Positions 8,277-16,847 of a DNA stretch of 32,000 nt are shown here, piece after piece. The stretch covers positions 30,001 through 62,000 of the forward strand of contig JBHLKY010000004.1 in assembly GCA_048886185.1 (NCBI GenBank), read 5' to 3'. The DNA is from Candidatus Hermodarchaeota archaeon (GTDB taxonomy: Archaea > Asgardarchaeota > Heimdallarchaeia > Hodarchaeales > Hodarchaeaceae). The notes below the pieces were generated by a model. That model was not told the DNA's origin. It saw only the letters and a list, made by a program, of their open reading frames with translations, and did no database searches. Made by a program: the position numbers and the translations under genes. Each line of letters starts with the position of its first letter. The stretch's first letter is position 1.

Positions 8277-9620
8277 GTGGTCGCAATGAAAAATATAATT
8301 GGCATTAGGTTGGAAAACAAAAATATTTGGGAGAAAAGGGTTCCCATTGTCCCCAATGATATGAAGGATTTAATAGATAAAGAATCTATCGATTTTATTG
8401 TACAATCTTCCTCAATTCGCGCTTTCAAAGATGAAGAATATCGTGAAATAGGAGTTAAGGTAATTCCTGACATTGAAGAAGCGAATGTGATTTTTGCTAT
8501 AAAGGAAATCCCACTTCCAGTCATTGAGGCTCAGGACTCCCCAAAAACCTATATATTCTTTTCCCATACAATAAAGGGTCAGAAACATAATATGTCAATG
8601 TTAAAAAAGATAATGGAGACGAAATCTAATCTTATTGATTATGAGAAAGTGGTAAACGAGAAGGGGCTTCGTCTTATCTTTTTTGGGAATTGGGCTGGTT
8701 TAGCTGGGATGATAGAGATACTTTGGGGTTTTGGTCAAAGAGTAAAATTTAATAATAATATAGAAAACCCATTTTTAAGAATAAAACATACTTGGGAATA
8801 TAAAAACTTAGATAGTGCAAGAAAGGCTGTATCAGAGGTTGGTAAAGACATAATTGAAAAAGGATTACCAAAAGAACTCGTTCCTCTTGTGATTGGTTTT
8901 GCTGGTTATGGAAATGTTTCGACTGGTGCTCAATCTATGTTAGATTTCCTCCCAATCGAGGAGATTGAACCAACGGAATTGAAAGACTTTTATAATCGCG
9001 GAGAATTCTCCAGAAATTGCATTTATAAAGTTGTATTTAAAGAGAAGCATATGGTCGATCCAATTGAAGGTGAGTTTAACTTACAGCATTACTATAATCA
9101 TGGCAAGACTAAATATCAAGGTGTCTTCAACCAATATTTCCCTTACTTATCAATTCTTGTTAACGCAATTTATTGGAGTGACAAGTACCCCAGATTAATA
9201 ACCAAGAAATTTCTTAAAGCAGAATTCGAATCTGGTAAAGATATTCGATGTCAAATTATAGGTGACATTTCTTGCGATATTGAAGGAGGTATTGAGCCTA
9301 CGTTAAAGACGACAAAACCTGATAATCCAGTGTTTATCTATAATCCCTTTTCTGATGAAGCAACTGTTGGTTTAAAAGGAATAGGAATGGCGATTATGGC
9401 TGTAGATAATCTTCCGTGTGAATTGCCCGTGGAATCTTCTACTAGCTTCAGTATGACTTTAAAGCCGTTTGTGTCTATAATTGCTAAAGCTGATTACTCA
9501 AAACCGTTCTCTGAATTGGATCTACCCCCAGTCTTAAAGAATGCAGTGATTGTATATCAAGGTGAACTGACACCTAACTATAAATATATTGAAGAATTTG
9601 ATGCATTTAAGGGTGCTTAG
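8277..9620 (+). CDS. Lysine-ketoglutarate reductase / saccharopine dehydrogenase (Lys-forming) type; homologous to the N-terminal half of AASS
   Basis: WEKRVPIVP, AIKEIP, FFSHTIKGQ, LIDYEKVV, FFGNWAGLAG, GYGNVSTGA, GDISCD and MAVDNLPCELP match LKR/Lys1-family motifs. Confidence 0.9.
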   Translation: MVAMKNIIGIRLENKNIWEKRVPIVPNDMKDLIDKESIDFIVQSSSIRAFKDEEYREIGVKVIPDIEEANVIFAIKEIPLPVIEAQDSPKTYIFFSHTIKGQKHNMSMLKKIMETKSNLIDYEKVVNEKGLRLIFFGNWAGLAGMIEILWGFGQRVKFNNNIENPFLRIKHTWEYKNLDSARKAVSEVGKDIIEKGLPKELVPLVIGFAGYGNVSTGAQSMLDFLPIEEIEPTELKDFYNRGEFSRNCIYKVVFKEKHMVDPIEGEFNLQHYYNHGKTKYQGVFNQYFPYLSILVNAIYWSDKYPRLITKKFLKAEFESGKDIRCQIIGDISCDIEGGIEPTLKTTKPDNPVFIYNPFSDEATVGLKGIGMAIMAVDNLPCELPVESSTSFSMTLKPFVSIIAKADYSKPFSELDLPPVLKNAVIVYQGELTPNYKYIEEFDAFKGA

Positions 9621-9674
9621 TAGCCTATTAGTCATAAGAAGGAATTTTTAGTAGTTTTTATAATTAAGGAGTAG

Positions 9675-11012
9675 TTGGAATTGAAAAAAGTCTTGATTCT
9701 TGGAGCAGGAATGGTTGCTGGACCTCCTGTGACTTATTTATTAGACCATGGGTATCAAGTTACGGTAGCAAGTCGTACTAAGAGTAAAGCTAACAAAATT
9801 ATTGGGGATCATCCTAACGGTATAGCTAAGGAATTTGATATCACAAAAGCGTTAGGCACTGAGTTAGATGAGCTAATGAAAGAGTGTGATTTAGCTGTTA
9901 GTTTACTCCCCTTTATCTATCATGTTCAGGTAGCTAAATCTTGCATTAAGTATAAAAAACACATGGTTACAACATCTTATGTAAGTGCGGAAATGAGGGA
10001 ACTGGATAAAGAAGCTAGAGAAGCAGGAATCATCATTCTTAATGAAATTGGTGTAGATCCTGGTATCGACCATATGTCAGCAAAGAAGATAATTGATGAT
10101 GTTCATGAACGAGGAGGTAAAATAACCTCTTTTAAATCCTACTGTGGTGGGTTACCTGCTCCAGATGCCAATACAAATCCGTGGGGGTATAAACTATCTT
10201 GGTCTCCTCGTGGTGTTATCCTAGCAGGAAGAAATGCTGCAAAGTATAAAGAAGACGGGAAGATAATAGAAATTCTAGGTGAAGACCTTTTCGATCAACA
10301 TTATCCCTATCCAGTTGAAGGATTAGAAGATGACTATGAAGCGTATCCTAATCGTGATTCTCTACCCTATATAGATGTGTACAGCATTCCTGAGACGAAA
10401 ACAATGTTTAGAGGTACTCTTCGGAATACTGGTTGGTGTCGTGCCCTTAAAAAGGTCGCTGAAGTAGGTTATATGGATTTGGAGGAACTAGAGTTTCCCT
10501 CGGGGTTCACCTATAACAAACTTACTAATAAACTCCTAGGAGTTTCATTAGATGCAGATTCCAAACAAGAATTTATTAAAAAATTAAACTTAGACCATGA
10601 AGATGATATTGTCAAAAGATTTGAGTGGATGGAGTTATTCTCGGATGATGTTGAGGTACCTTCAAAGAAAATTTCCCCACTTGATGCTCTATGCCATCAA
10701 TGGGAAAAACACTTGCAATATGCCCCAGGTGAAAGAGACATGCTCATAATGGTTCATGAATTTGAGTATGAATTACCAGAAGGCAAAGAAAGGCATATAA
10801 GTACAATGATTGACTTTGGAATTGAGCATGGCCCCACCTCCATGTCCCGAACGGTTGGATTACCTGCAGCAATCGGTGTTCGCATGATCTTAGAGGGAAA
10901 AATAAAGGATAAAGGTGTTGTGATTCCTGTTGCTAAAAATATTTATGAACCAGTCTTAAAAGAGTTAAAGGAACTCGAAATTGGATTTTCTGAGAGAATA
11001 GAAAAAATTTGA
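9675..11012 (+). CDS. Saccharopine dehydrogenase (Glu-forming; Lys9 / AASS C-terminal type)
   Basis: VLILGAGMV, TTSYVS, NEIGVDPGIDHMSA, SYCGGLPAP, NPWGYKLSWSPRG, YPNRDS, RGTLR and MSRTVGLPAAI. TTG start. Confidence 0.93.
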   Translation: MELKKVLILGAGMVAGPPVTYLLDHGYQVTVASRTKSKANKIIGDHPNGIAKEFDITKALGTELDELMKECDLAVSLLPFIYHVQVAKSCIKYKKHMVTTSYVSAEMRELDKEAREAGIIILNEIGVDPGIDHMSAKKIIDDVHERGGKITSFKSYCGGLPAPDANTNPWGYKLSWSPRGVILAGRNAAKYKEDGKIIEILGEDLFDQHYPYPVEGLEDDYEAYPNRDSLPYIDVYSIPETKTMFRGTLRNTGWCRALKKVAEVGYMDLEELEFPSGFTYNKLTNKLLGVSLDADSKQEFIKKLNLDHEDDIVKRFEWMELFSDDVEVPSKKISPLDALCHQWEKHLQYAPGERDMLIMVHEFEYELPEGKERHISTMIDFGIEHGPTSMSRTVGLPAAIGVRMILEGKIKDKGVVIPVAKNIYEPVLKELKELEIGFSERIEKI

Positions 11013-11079
11013 GATGATAAATAAAAAGATTGAGGATTAATGGAGGGAGTTCGTATTTTTTCCTTAAGAGAAGATAATT

Positions 11080-12123
11080 ATGAAAATTAATTTTCCTCAA
11101 ACTAGATATCAGGGAAGTAAATTAAAATTACTAAATTGGTTTCATTCCATTTTTAAAGAGATTAAATTTAATACAGTCTTGGATGCGTTTGGGGGTACTG
11201 GTGCTGTTAGTTATATGTTTAAAAGAATGGGGAAGTTTGTTACATATAACGATCTATTAACTTCTAATTGGTATATTGGTAAAGCTCTAATAGAAAATAA
11301 TTCGATTAAATTCGATCCGATAAAATTAGGATCGTTATTTGAGAAAAAAAATGGTTACACTTATCGTGTGATTATCCAAGACCAGTTTAAAGACATTTAC
11401 TATACTGATGAGGAAAATATCTTACTAGATATTGTGATACAGAATATTCATTGTTTGAAAGACCAGTATGAGAAAGCCCTTTGTTTTTTTGCGCTCTTTC
11501 AAGCCTGTATTCAAAAGCGTCCATTTAATCTTTTCCATAGAAAAAATCTTTATCTTCGATTGACAGATGTAAAGCGAAGTTTCGGAAATAAGAAAACATG
11601 GGATACTCCATTCCCAGAATTGATGTTAAGAGCATTAAAAGAAGGGAATCAAGTAATCTTTAATAATTCTAAAACTCATAGAGCGATAAACTTTCCTATT
11701 CTGGATGTATCGATTCCTGATGAAGGATATGAGCTAGTTTATCTTGATCCTCCTTATTTATCTTCTCAAGGGATTGGTGTAGATTATAGAGATTATTACC
11801 ATTTTCTTGAAGGAATATGCCATTATAATGAATGGGAGGATCTGATTGACTATAATTCCAAACACAAAAGATTGAAGATGATTGAAAATGAATGGAATGA
11901 TCCGAAACAGATCTACAATGCTTTTGAAAAAACTTTGTCTAAATTTCAAGATTATATAATTGTAATTTCTTATCGAGATCCTGGAATACCAAGTATTGAT
12001 GAATTGACGAATATTTTCCTCAGTTACAAAGAAAAAGTATCCTCACATGTTAAGGATTACAAATATGTCCTTACATCGAAGAAGCAAAGGGTGAAAGAGA
12101 TCTTACTTATCTCAAAAAAGTAG
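11080..12123 (+). CDS. Alpha-class (D12 / Dam-FokI-NlaIII-like) N6-adenine DNA methyltransferase
   Basis: RYQGSKLKL (motif X), DAFGGTGAV (motif I), YNDLL, YLDPPY (motif IV), YYHFLEG and ISY. Confidence 0.9.
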   Translation: MKINFPQTRYQGSKLKLLNWFHSIFKEIKFNTVLDAFGGTGAVSYMFKRMGKFVTYNDLLTSNWYIGKALIENNSIKFDPIKLGSLFEKKNGYTYRVIIQDQFKDIYYTDEENILLDIVIQNIHCLKDQYEKALCFFALFQACIQKRPFNLFHRKNLYLRLTDVKRSFGNKKTWDTPFPELMLRALKEGNQVIFNNSKTHRAINFPILDVSIPDEGYELVYLDPPYLSSQGIGVDYRDYYHFLEGICHYNEWEDLIDYNSKHKRLKMIENEWNDPKQIYNAFEKTLSKFQDYIIVISYRDPGIPSIDELTNIFLSYKEKVSSHVKDYKYVLTSKKQRVKEILLISKK

Positions 12124-12149
12124 AGGAATAGAGAAATGTTTGTATCGCT

Positions 12150-12905
12150 TTACTTTAAATCGCAATAGGTTGTAAATACCTTTGCCTCTTCTGAAAAACC
12201 TAGCTTTCTGTACAGCTTTTTTGCAGCCATATTACTATCTTCCACCCATAAGAAGATATTTGATATATCATATCGGAGGAATAGTTCTTTGCATAAAACA
12301 CCTACAGTTTTCAACGCATATCCCTGCCTCCTTTCTAATACATTAGTTTCTACTCCTCGTAGTATGGCGAATGAAAAAGATGATTTTATGAATATATATG
12401 GAGCCGCTGCAAAGCATACAAGCTTGTTCCCCTTAAAAGAACCAAATCCTAATCCCCCATCTAAAGGACGGTATCGCTTTGGGAGAGGATGTTTATAAGA
12501 TGGAATTTGAATAATTTGATCATCTATAGGTTCTAGGTTTAATAAATGATTTTTAGAAAGATTAAATGTGAGATAGGTATTATAAATATTAGCAGGTTTA
12601 TTCGTTTCAACATTACGGAAATTATCAAAACGTATACGAATATCATCCCAATAATGTTTTTCGAACACTAATACAATATTGGTATTAAACCACCTAATTT
12701 TGTTCGTAAATTCCCATATATTTTCTCCAAAAAGAGTATATTTGTTTTCATAGCGGCAGATATATCGCAATGGATCAATGGAAAAAATAAGATCTGTTTT
12801 TTCGTTCCTGTGATAAAGAAACCATAATATATAACATATTACGCTAAGAGGTTGTTGTTGAATGTGTTTAACAAAAAGTTGTAAATTCTTAACGGCTGAT
12901 TTCAA
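12150..12905 (-). CDS. GNAT-family acetyltransferase (C-terminal GNAT domain)
   Basis: GVETNVLERRQGYA (acetyl-CoA motif A) and VEDSNMAAKKLYRKLGF. Confidence 0.8.
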   Translation of the reverse strand: MKSAVKNLQLFVKHIQQQPLSVICYILWFLYHRNEKTDLIFSIDPLRYICRYENKYTLFGENIWEFTNKIRWFNTNIVLVFEKHYWDDIRIRFDNFRNVETNKPANIYNTYLTFNLSKNHLLNLEPIDDQIIQIPSYKHPLPKRYRPLDGGLGFGSFKGNKLVCFAAAPYIFIKSSFSFAILRGVETNVLERRQGYALKTVGVLCKELFLRYDISNIFLWVEDSNMAAKKLYRKLGFSEEAKVFTTYCDLK

Positions 12906-12985
12906 AAACCAGGAGCCTCCTCAGCTCCATAGAAATAATGAGAGTTCATCTTACCATTAATACTATCACTAAATTAAATCTTTAT

Positions 12986-13873
12986 TTAACCATCGAATAC
13001 TTGTTGGTTTGATAAAGGATGGCCTAAGTCATATGATTTTCTAAGATGTTCTAAAGAGACGTGAGTGTAAAGCTGGGTTGTTGAAAGAGAAGCATGCCCT
13101 AAAAGTTCTTGAATGATACGAATATCAACAGCATTTGATAATAAATGAGTTGCAAATGCATGACGGAGTGTATGAGGTGTTACATCTCTTTCCAGTAAAT
13201 CTGCAGCTTCTTTATACTTCTTAACAATTCGCTGCACTGATCTTGGGGTTAATCGGTTACCTGAACGATTCAAGATTAATGCAGGGTCTTGTGTGTTTTC
13301 CCGGGTCGTTATATAATCTTCTAAAATCTTAATTATTCCATTAGGGAGCGGAATTATCCTATCTTTCCCTCCTTTTCCACCTACTATGTGAATTATTTTT
13401 TCTTTCAGATCTATTTGTTCAATGTTGAGATTTGTTAATTCTGATACTCGCATACCTGTACCATATAATAAATAGAGAATAGCTTTGTCCCTTGGATTGT
13501 CCGGAGTACCTAATAGCTGCATTGTTTCTTCAATAGTAATTGTTTTAGGTAAAGATTTCGGAATCTTCGGAGATTCGATATTTTCAGTCGGATTCGTTGT
13601 AATAACTCCTTCCTTTTTTAGGAATTTAAAAAAAGATTTTAATGCACATATTTTTCGATGTAAACTTCTTGCTGCATACTCTTTATCTCGTTTAAGATGC
13701 AGAAAAAACCGTCGTAAATCCATTGTTGTTATTTCTTCAAACGATTTACCATTATTAAACCGTTCAAACATTTTTAAATCATAAGAATATTCACGAATGG
13801 TTTTTGGGGAGTACCCTTTTTCAATCTCCAATGTAACCAGAAAGTCGTCAATTAACATTTGAATATCGTCCAC
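12986..13873 (-). CDS. xerA: XerA/XerC/D-family tyrosine recombinase
   Basis: N-terminal SAM-like core-binding domain (EKGYSPKTIREY). Catalytic residues TGMRVSEL, GKGGKDR, HTLRHAF, LLGHASLSTTQLYTH (R-K-H-R-H-Y). Confidence 0.93.
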   Translation of the reverse strand: MDDIQMLIDDFLVTLEIEKGYSPKTIREYSYDLKMFERFNNGKSFEEITTMDLRRFFLHLKRDKEYAARSLHRKICALKSFFKFLKKEGVITTNPTENIESPKIPKSLPKTITIEETMQLLGTPDNPRDKAILYLLYGTGMRVSELTNLNIEQIDLKEKIIHIVGGKGGKDRIIPLPNGIIKILEDYITTRENTQDPALILNRSGNRLTPRSVQRIVKKYKEAADLLERDVTPHTLRHAFATHLLSNAVDIRIIQELLGHASLSTTQLYTHVSLEHLRKSYDLGHPLSNQQVFDG

Positions 13874-14000
13874 TCATTTTGGGGACAATGTCGTCAAATA
13901 CTTTCTAAGGAATGAAAATATGCAGGTAACACAGTAAAAAAAATTCATTATCTCTCTCTGATTATCAATTCATCAAGTACCAGAATAATTAATATTCCAC

Positions 14001-14513
14001 TCAGTATATTCTGTTCACTAGGGAAGCTTTCGCTAATTCTTCATTATAATTGATTAATTCTGCTCTATTTAACTCATGTAAAGAATGAAGAACGATAGCA
14101 GGAGAAAAACCTGTTGCTTTGGTTAATTCCTGACGAGTCATTTCAGATTTATCTCCATGTAAGAGGTATAAAATCTTCGCATGGGGCTTACCCTCGAATA
14201 CTTTCTCGAGTAAAGCAATGTAGATACTAAGAAGTTGTTTCACATCAAGCGAAGCTTCCTCTTTTTCTGAAATTTCAGAAAATAGTTCAGAAACTTTCTT
14301 GAATTCGGTCTCAAGACTTGCATATTTGAGTTCCAGTTGTTGTTGCTGAATTTGGGCTTCGTTCAATCTTGCTTCTCGTTCAACTAAGAGTTTTTCTTTG
14401 TCAGCTACTTCCTGTTGCTTCTTTTCTAACTCATTTTCCATTGTAACAATAGTATTTTTAACCTTCTCAATTATGGGTATAATTTCTTCAATTTTAAAGG
14501 TTTCTTCACTCAT
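14001..14513 (-). CDS. Coiled-coil plus C-terminal winged-helix protein of unknown function
   Basis: Heptad-rich E/K/Q segment at about aa 10-90, then PHAKILYLLHG-KSEMTRQELTKATGFSPAIVLHSLHELNRAELINYN, a wHTH pattern. RBS GGGTGG lies 7 nt before the ATG. Confidence 0.75.
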   Translation of the reverse strand: MSEETFKIEEIIPIIEKVKNTIVTMENELEKKQQEVADKEKLLVEREARLNEAQIQQQQLELKYASLETEFKKVSELFSEISEKEEASLDVKQLLSIYIALLEKVFEGKPHAKILYLLHGDKSEMTRQELTKATGFSPAIVLHSLHELNRAELINYNEELAKASLVNRIY

Positions 14514-14674
14514 TTCACAACCACCCTAATCTTATTTCACCAGTTTATTTGGGGGAACCTTTCTTTATCAAATTTATTTCATAATTTTTAAATCTAATTA
14601 GTTTTTGCTTTTTTCATTTTTTTCATTTATCCCCTAAAAATATCGCCTTCATTTGAAATGCCTTTATATTTGAA

Positions 14675-15610
14675 TCAGGGAATTTTTCTGGGTTTACTTT
14701 CTTTATTAAATAATGCTATGTAACCTCGAGCATCAAATAAATCCTTTAAGTTCTCCATTGGCTCCTGTTCCCAAACCCTCCGTTTTTCATTATTAATCAA
14801 TAATGCTTCTGAGAATCCCCATTGGTGACAAATTTCCTCTATTTGCTGTCTTATTGAGGTCGTAGAAACACTAAAAAATTTCGAGAGTTTATATAAAGAA
14901 ACTAGTATTATGGGTATATTGAAAGTATAAATGATTCCTTTTATTCCTTCTAACAAAAATTGTTTTCGTCTTGTTTTTATTTCATCTCTTGAATCAGACA
15001 CTTTTGAGACACGTTGATTATATTCAATAAAGTCTCCCAAATTAATTCTCATTATGTCGAAACTAACAGGAAAAAAATCATTTATGTGTCGAACGGAGCC
15101 TATTGCTATAGTATTTTGTGTAAGTGTGATTGGTTGTGTAAAAAGTGTAAATGAAGGGGGAAGTGTTATTGCATTGCTCTCTAGACCACTTTCATGGAGC
15201 GGAGCGTGAAAGTGGACTTCACTACTAACAATTGTGAGTGGCTCATACTTTTGAAAAGTCATCCCCTCTGTTGGAGTGTATCTTAGTTTAGGTAGTTCAA
15301 AGATATCTAGATTTGTTCCAACAATAGATAAATTAAGCTGTTTGGCCAGTGGGAAATAGAAAGGAGCATTTGTTAAGGCTGTTGAGCCGTCAACGATGTA
15401 AAGGGTTTCAAGAGTACAGGCACCTTTATCATATGATCCATTAAGTTGATCAGTAACCTTTCGTGTTATAATGGAGTAACGAGGAAATCCTTTAAATTCG
15501 CGATAAAGTCGATGGGCGTGTGTTCGGAAAAATAAGTAGTCAGGGACGCATAGAAGACGGAATCGTTTAGATCCTATTATTCCTTGGTCAAGAAGAATTG
15601 AATCAAGCAA
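14675..15610 (-). CDS. Hypothetical protein; C-terminal third possibly RNase H/YqgF-like fold
   Basis: 311-aa open frame with a TTG start. Fold suggestion rests only on the pattern IMRINLGD...IKGIIYTFNIPIILVS...IRQQIEEICHQWG...LINNE...DLFDARGYIAL. Confidence 0.6.
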   Translation of the reverse strand: MLDSILLDQGIIGSKRFRLLCVPDYLFFRTHAHRLYREFKGFPRYSIITRKVTDQLNGSYDKGACTLETLYIVDGSTALTNAPFYFPLAKQLNLSIVGTNLDIFELPKLRYTPTEGMTFQKYEPLTIVSSEVHFHAPLHESGLESNAITLPPSFTLFTQPITLTQNTIAIGSVRHINDFFPVSFDIMRINLGDFIEYNQRVSKVSDSRDEIKTRRKQFLLEGIKGIIYTFNIPIILVSLYKLSKFFSVSTTSIRQQIEEICHQWGFSEALLINNEKRRVWEQEPMENLKDLFDARGYIALFNKESKPRKIP

Positions 15611-15735
15611 AGCATTTTTCTTAATAGATCTGTTGTTATAAAATCCTTTTGCTATTTTCTTATTCGCATTATAAAATCTTTAATTTCACTTATTTTACGT
15701 TGATTATGATAATTGATTTATTTGGTTGACTTACA

Positions 15736-16752
15736 ATGACTGTTCTTTTTGATCTTGAATTAGAAAAAATAAGAGAAATAATATTAAACAGACAGTACAA
15801 AAAGATCTTTCTTCAAATGCCTGAAGGGATGCTTGATATTCCTCTTAAAACAGTACTTGAGGCATTATCACCCTTGGGAGCCCAAGTTATTGTGGGAGGG
15901 GATCCTAGTTATGGTTTTTGCGATCTTGCGATAAACATAGCTACTTTACTGAGATGTGACTTACTAATTCATTATGGTCATAGTGAGTTTGGCTTCAGGC
16001 AGAAAATCCATTCAAAATATGGTAAATCTCTTGATCTGTTAATTATCCCTGCTTTTGTTAGTTTTGAAATTTCCTCTTACTTTTCTGAGGTATTAGAGAA
16101 GTTAAAAGAATTAGGATGGAATAATGTAGGTTTAGTGGCAACTATTCAGCATATGAGAAACTTAGAAGAATTAAAAGCCTACTTAGATGCAGTTGGAATT
16201 ACCTATACAGTTCAAGGAGGAGGTCAAATCTTGGGTTGTCACACTAATAATGTTCAAGGATTTTCTAAAGAAGTTGATGGAATAATCAGTCTTCATGCAG
16301 GTTATTTTCACAGTCACGGCTTGCTAATGAGTACATCTATTCCAATCCTTCAATTAAATCCGTTTACAGGTGAATTAAAGCTCTTTTCACTTCAGGATCG
16401 AAAAAAATCGATACAAAAACGGTTTAGTATCATTAACAAAGCACGAGATGCAAAGGTGTGGGGGATCCTCGGGAGTTCAAAAGTAGGACAATATCGTCCA
16501 AATAGGATCACTAAGGCCGAGAAGCTTTTAAACGACCACAATAAAGTAAAAATGACATTAATTGCAGAGAATATTGATTTCCAAAATTTAACAAACTTTA
16601 TTTGGATTGATGCATGGCTCAATACGGCTTGTCCTCGATTAGCACTCGATGATCATATTAACTTGAAAAAACCAGTTCTTACGTTCAAAGAATTTCTTTA
16701 TCTCTTCAACGAAATTACTTGGGAAGATATCTTAACGACTGGATTCTTTTAG
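15736..16752 (+). CDS. dph2: Diphthamide biosynthesis radical-SAM enzyme Dph2 (Dph1/Dph2 family)
   Basis: LQMPEG, DPSYGFCDL, HYGHS, GQILGC and NTACPRLALDD; the three Fe-S cysteines are present. Confidence 0.92.
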   Translation: MTVLFDLELEKIREIILNRQYKKIFLQMPEGMLDIPLKTVLEALSPLGAQVIVGGDPSYGFCDLAINIATLLRCDLLIHYGHSEFGFRQKIHSKYGKSLDLLIIPAFVSFEISSYFSEVLEKLKELGWNNVGLVATIQHMRNLEELKAYLDAVGITYTVQGGGQILGCHTNNVQGFSKEVDGIISLHAGYFHSHGLLMSTSIPILQLNPFTGELKLFSLQDRKKSIQKRFSIINKARDAKVWGILGSSKVGQYRPNRITKAEKLLNDHNKVKMTLIAENIDFQNLTNFIWIDAWLNTACPRLALDDHINLKKPVLTFKEFLYLFNEITWEDILTTGFF

Positions 16753-16847
16753 AGATGTTTATGAATCTCTATTAAGGATGGGGAGATTAATGTTCGAAGA
16801 GATTCTCTAGATTATCTTAAGAAGTATTTTGTGAAGAAGTATATTCA

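Noticed and set aside
9618-9675. Possible readthrough or frameshift fusing LKR and SDH into an AASS-like protein
   Set aside because: Two consecutive TAG stops, and the second gene has its own AAGGAG RBS.
12986-13873. Tyrosine recombinase as the integrase of a provirus or island carrying the methyltransferases
   Set aside because: Size and motifs fit chromosomal XerA; no att repeats, tRNA target, or viral/plasmid genes are visible; the flanks are housekeeping genes.
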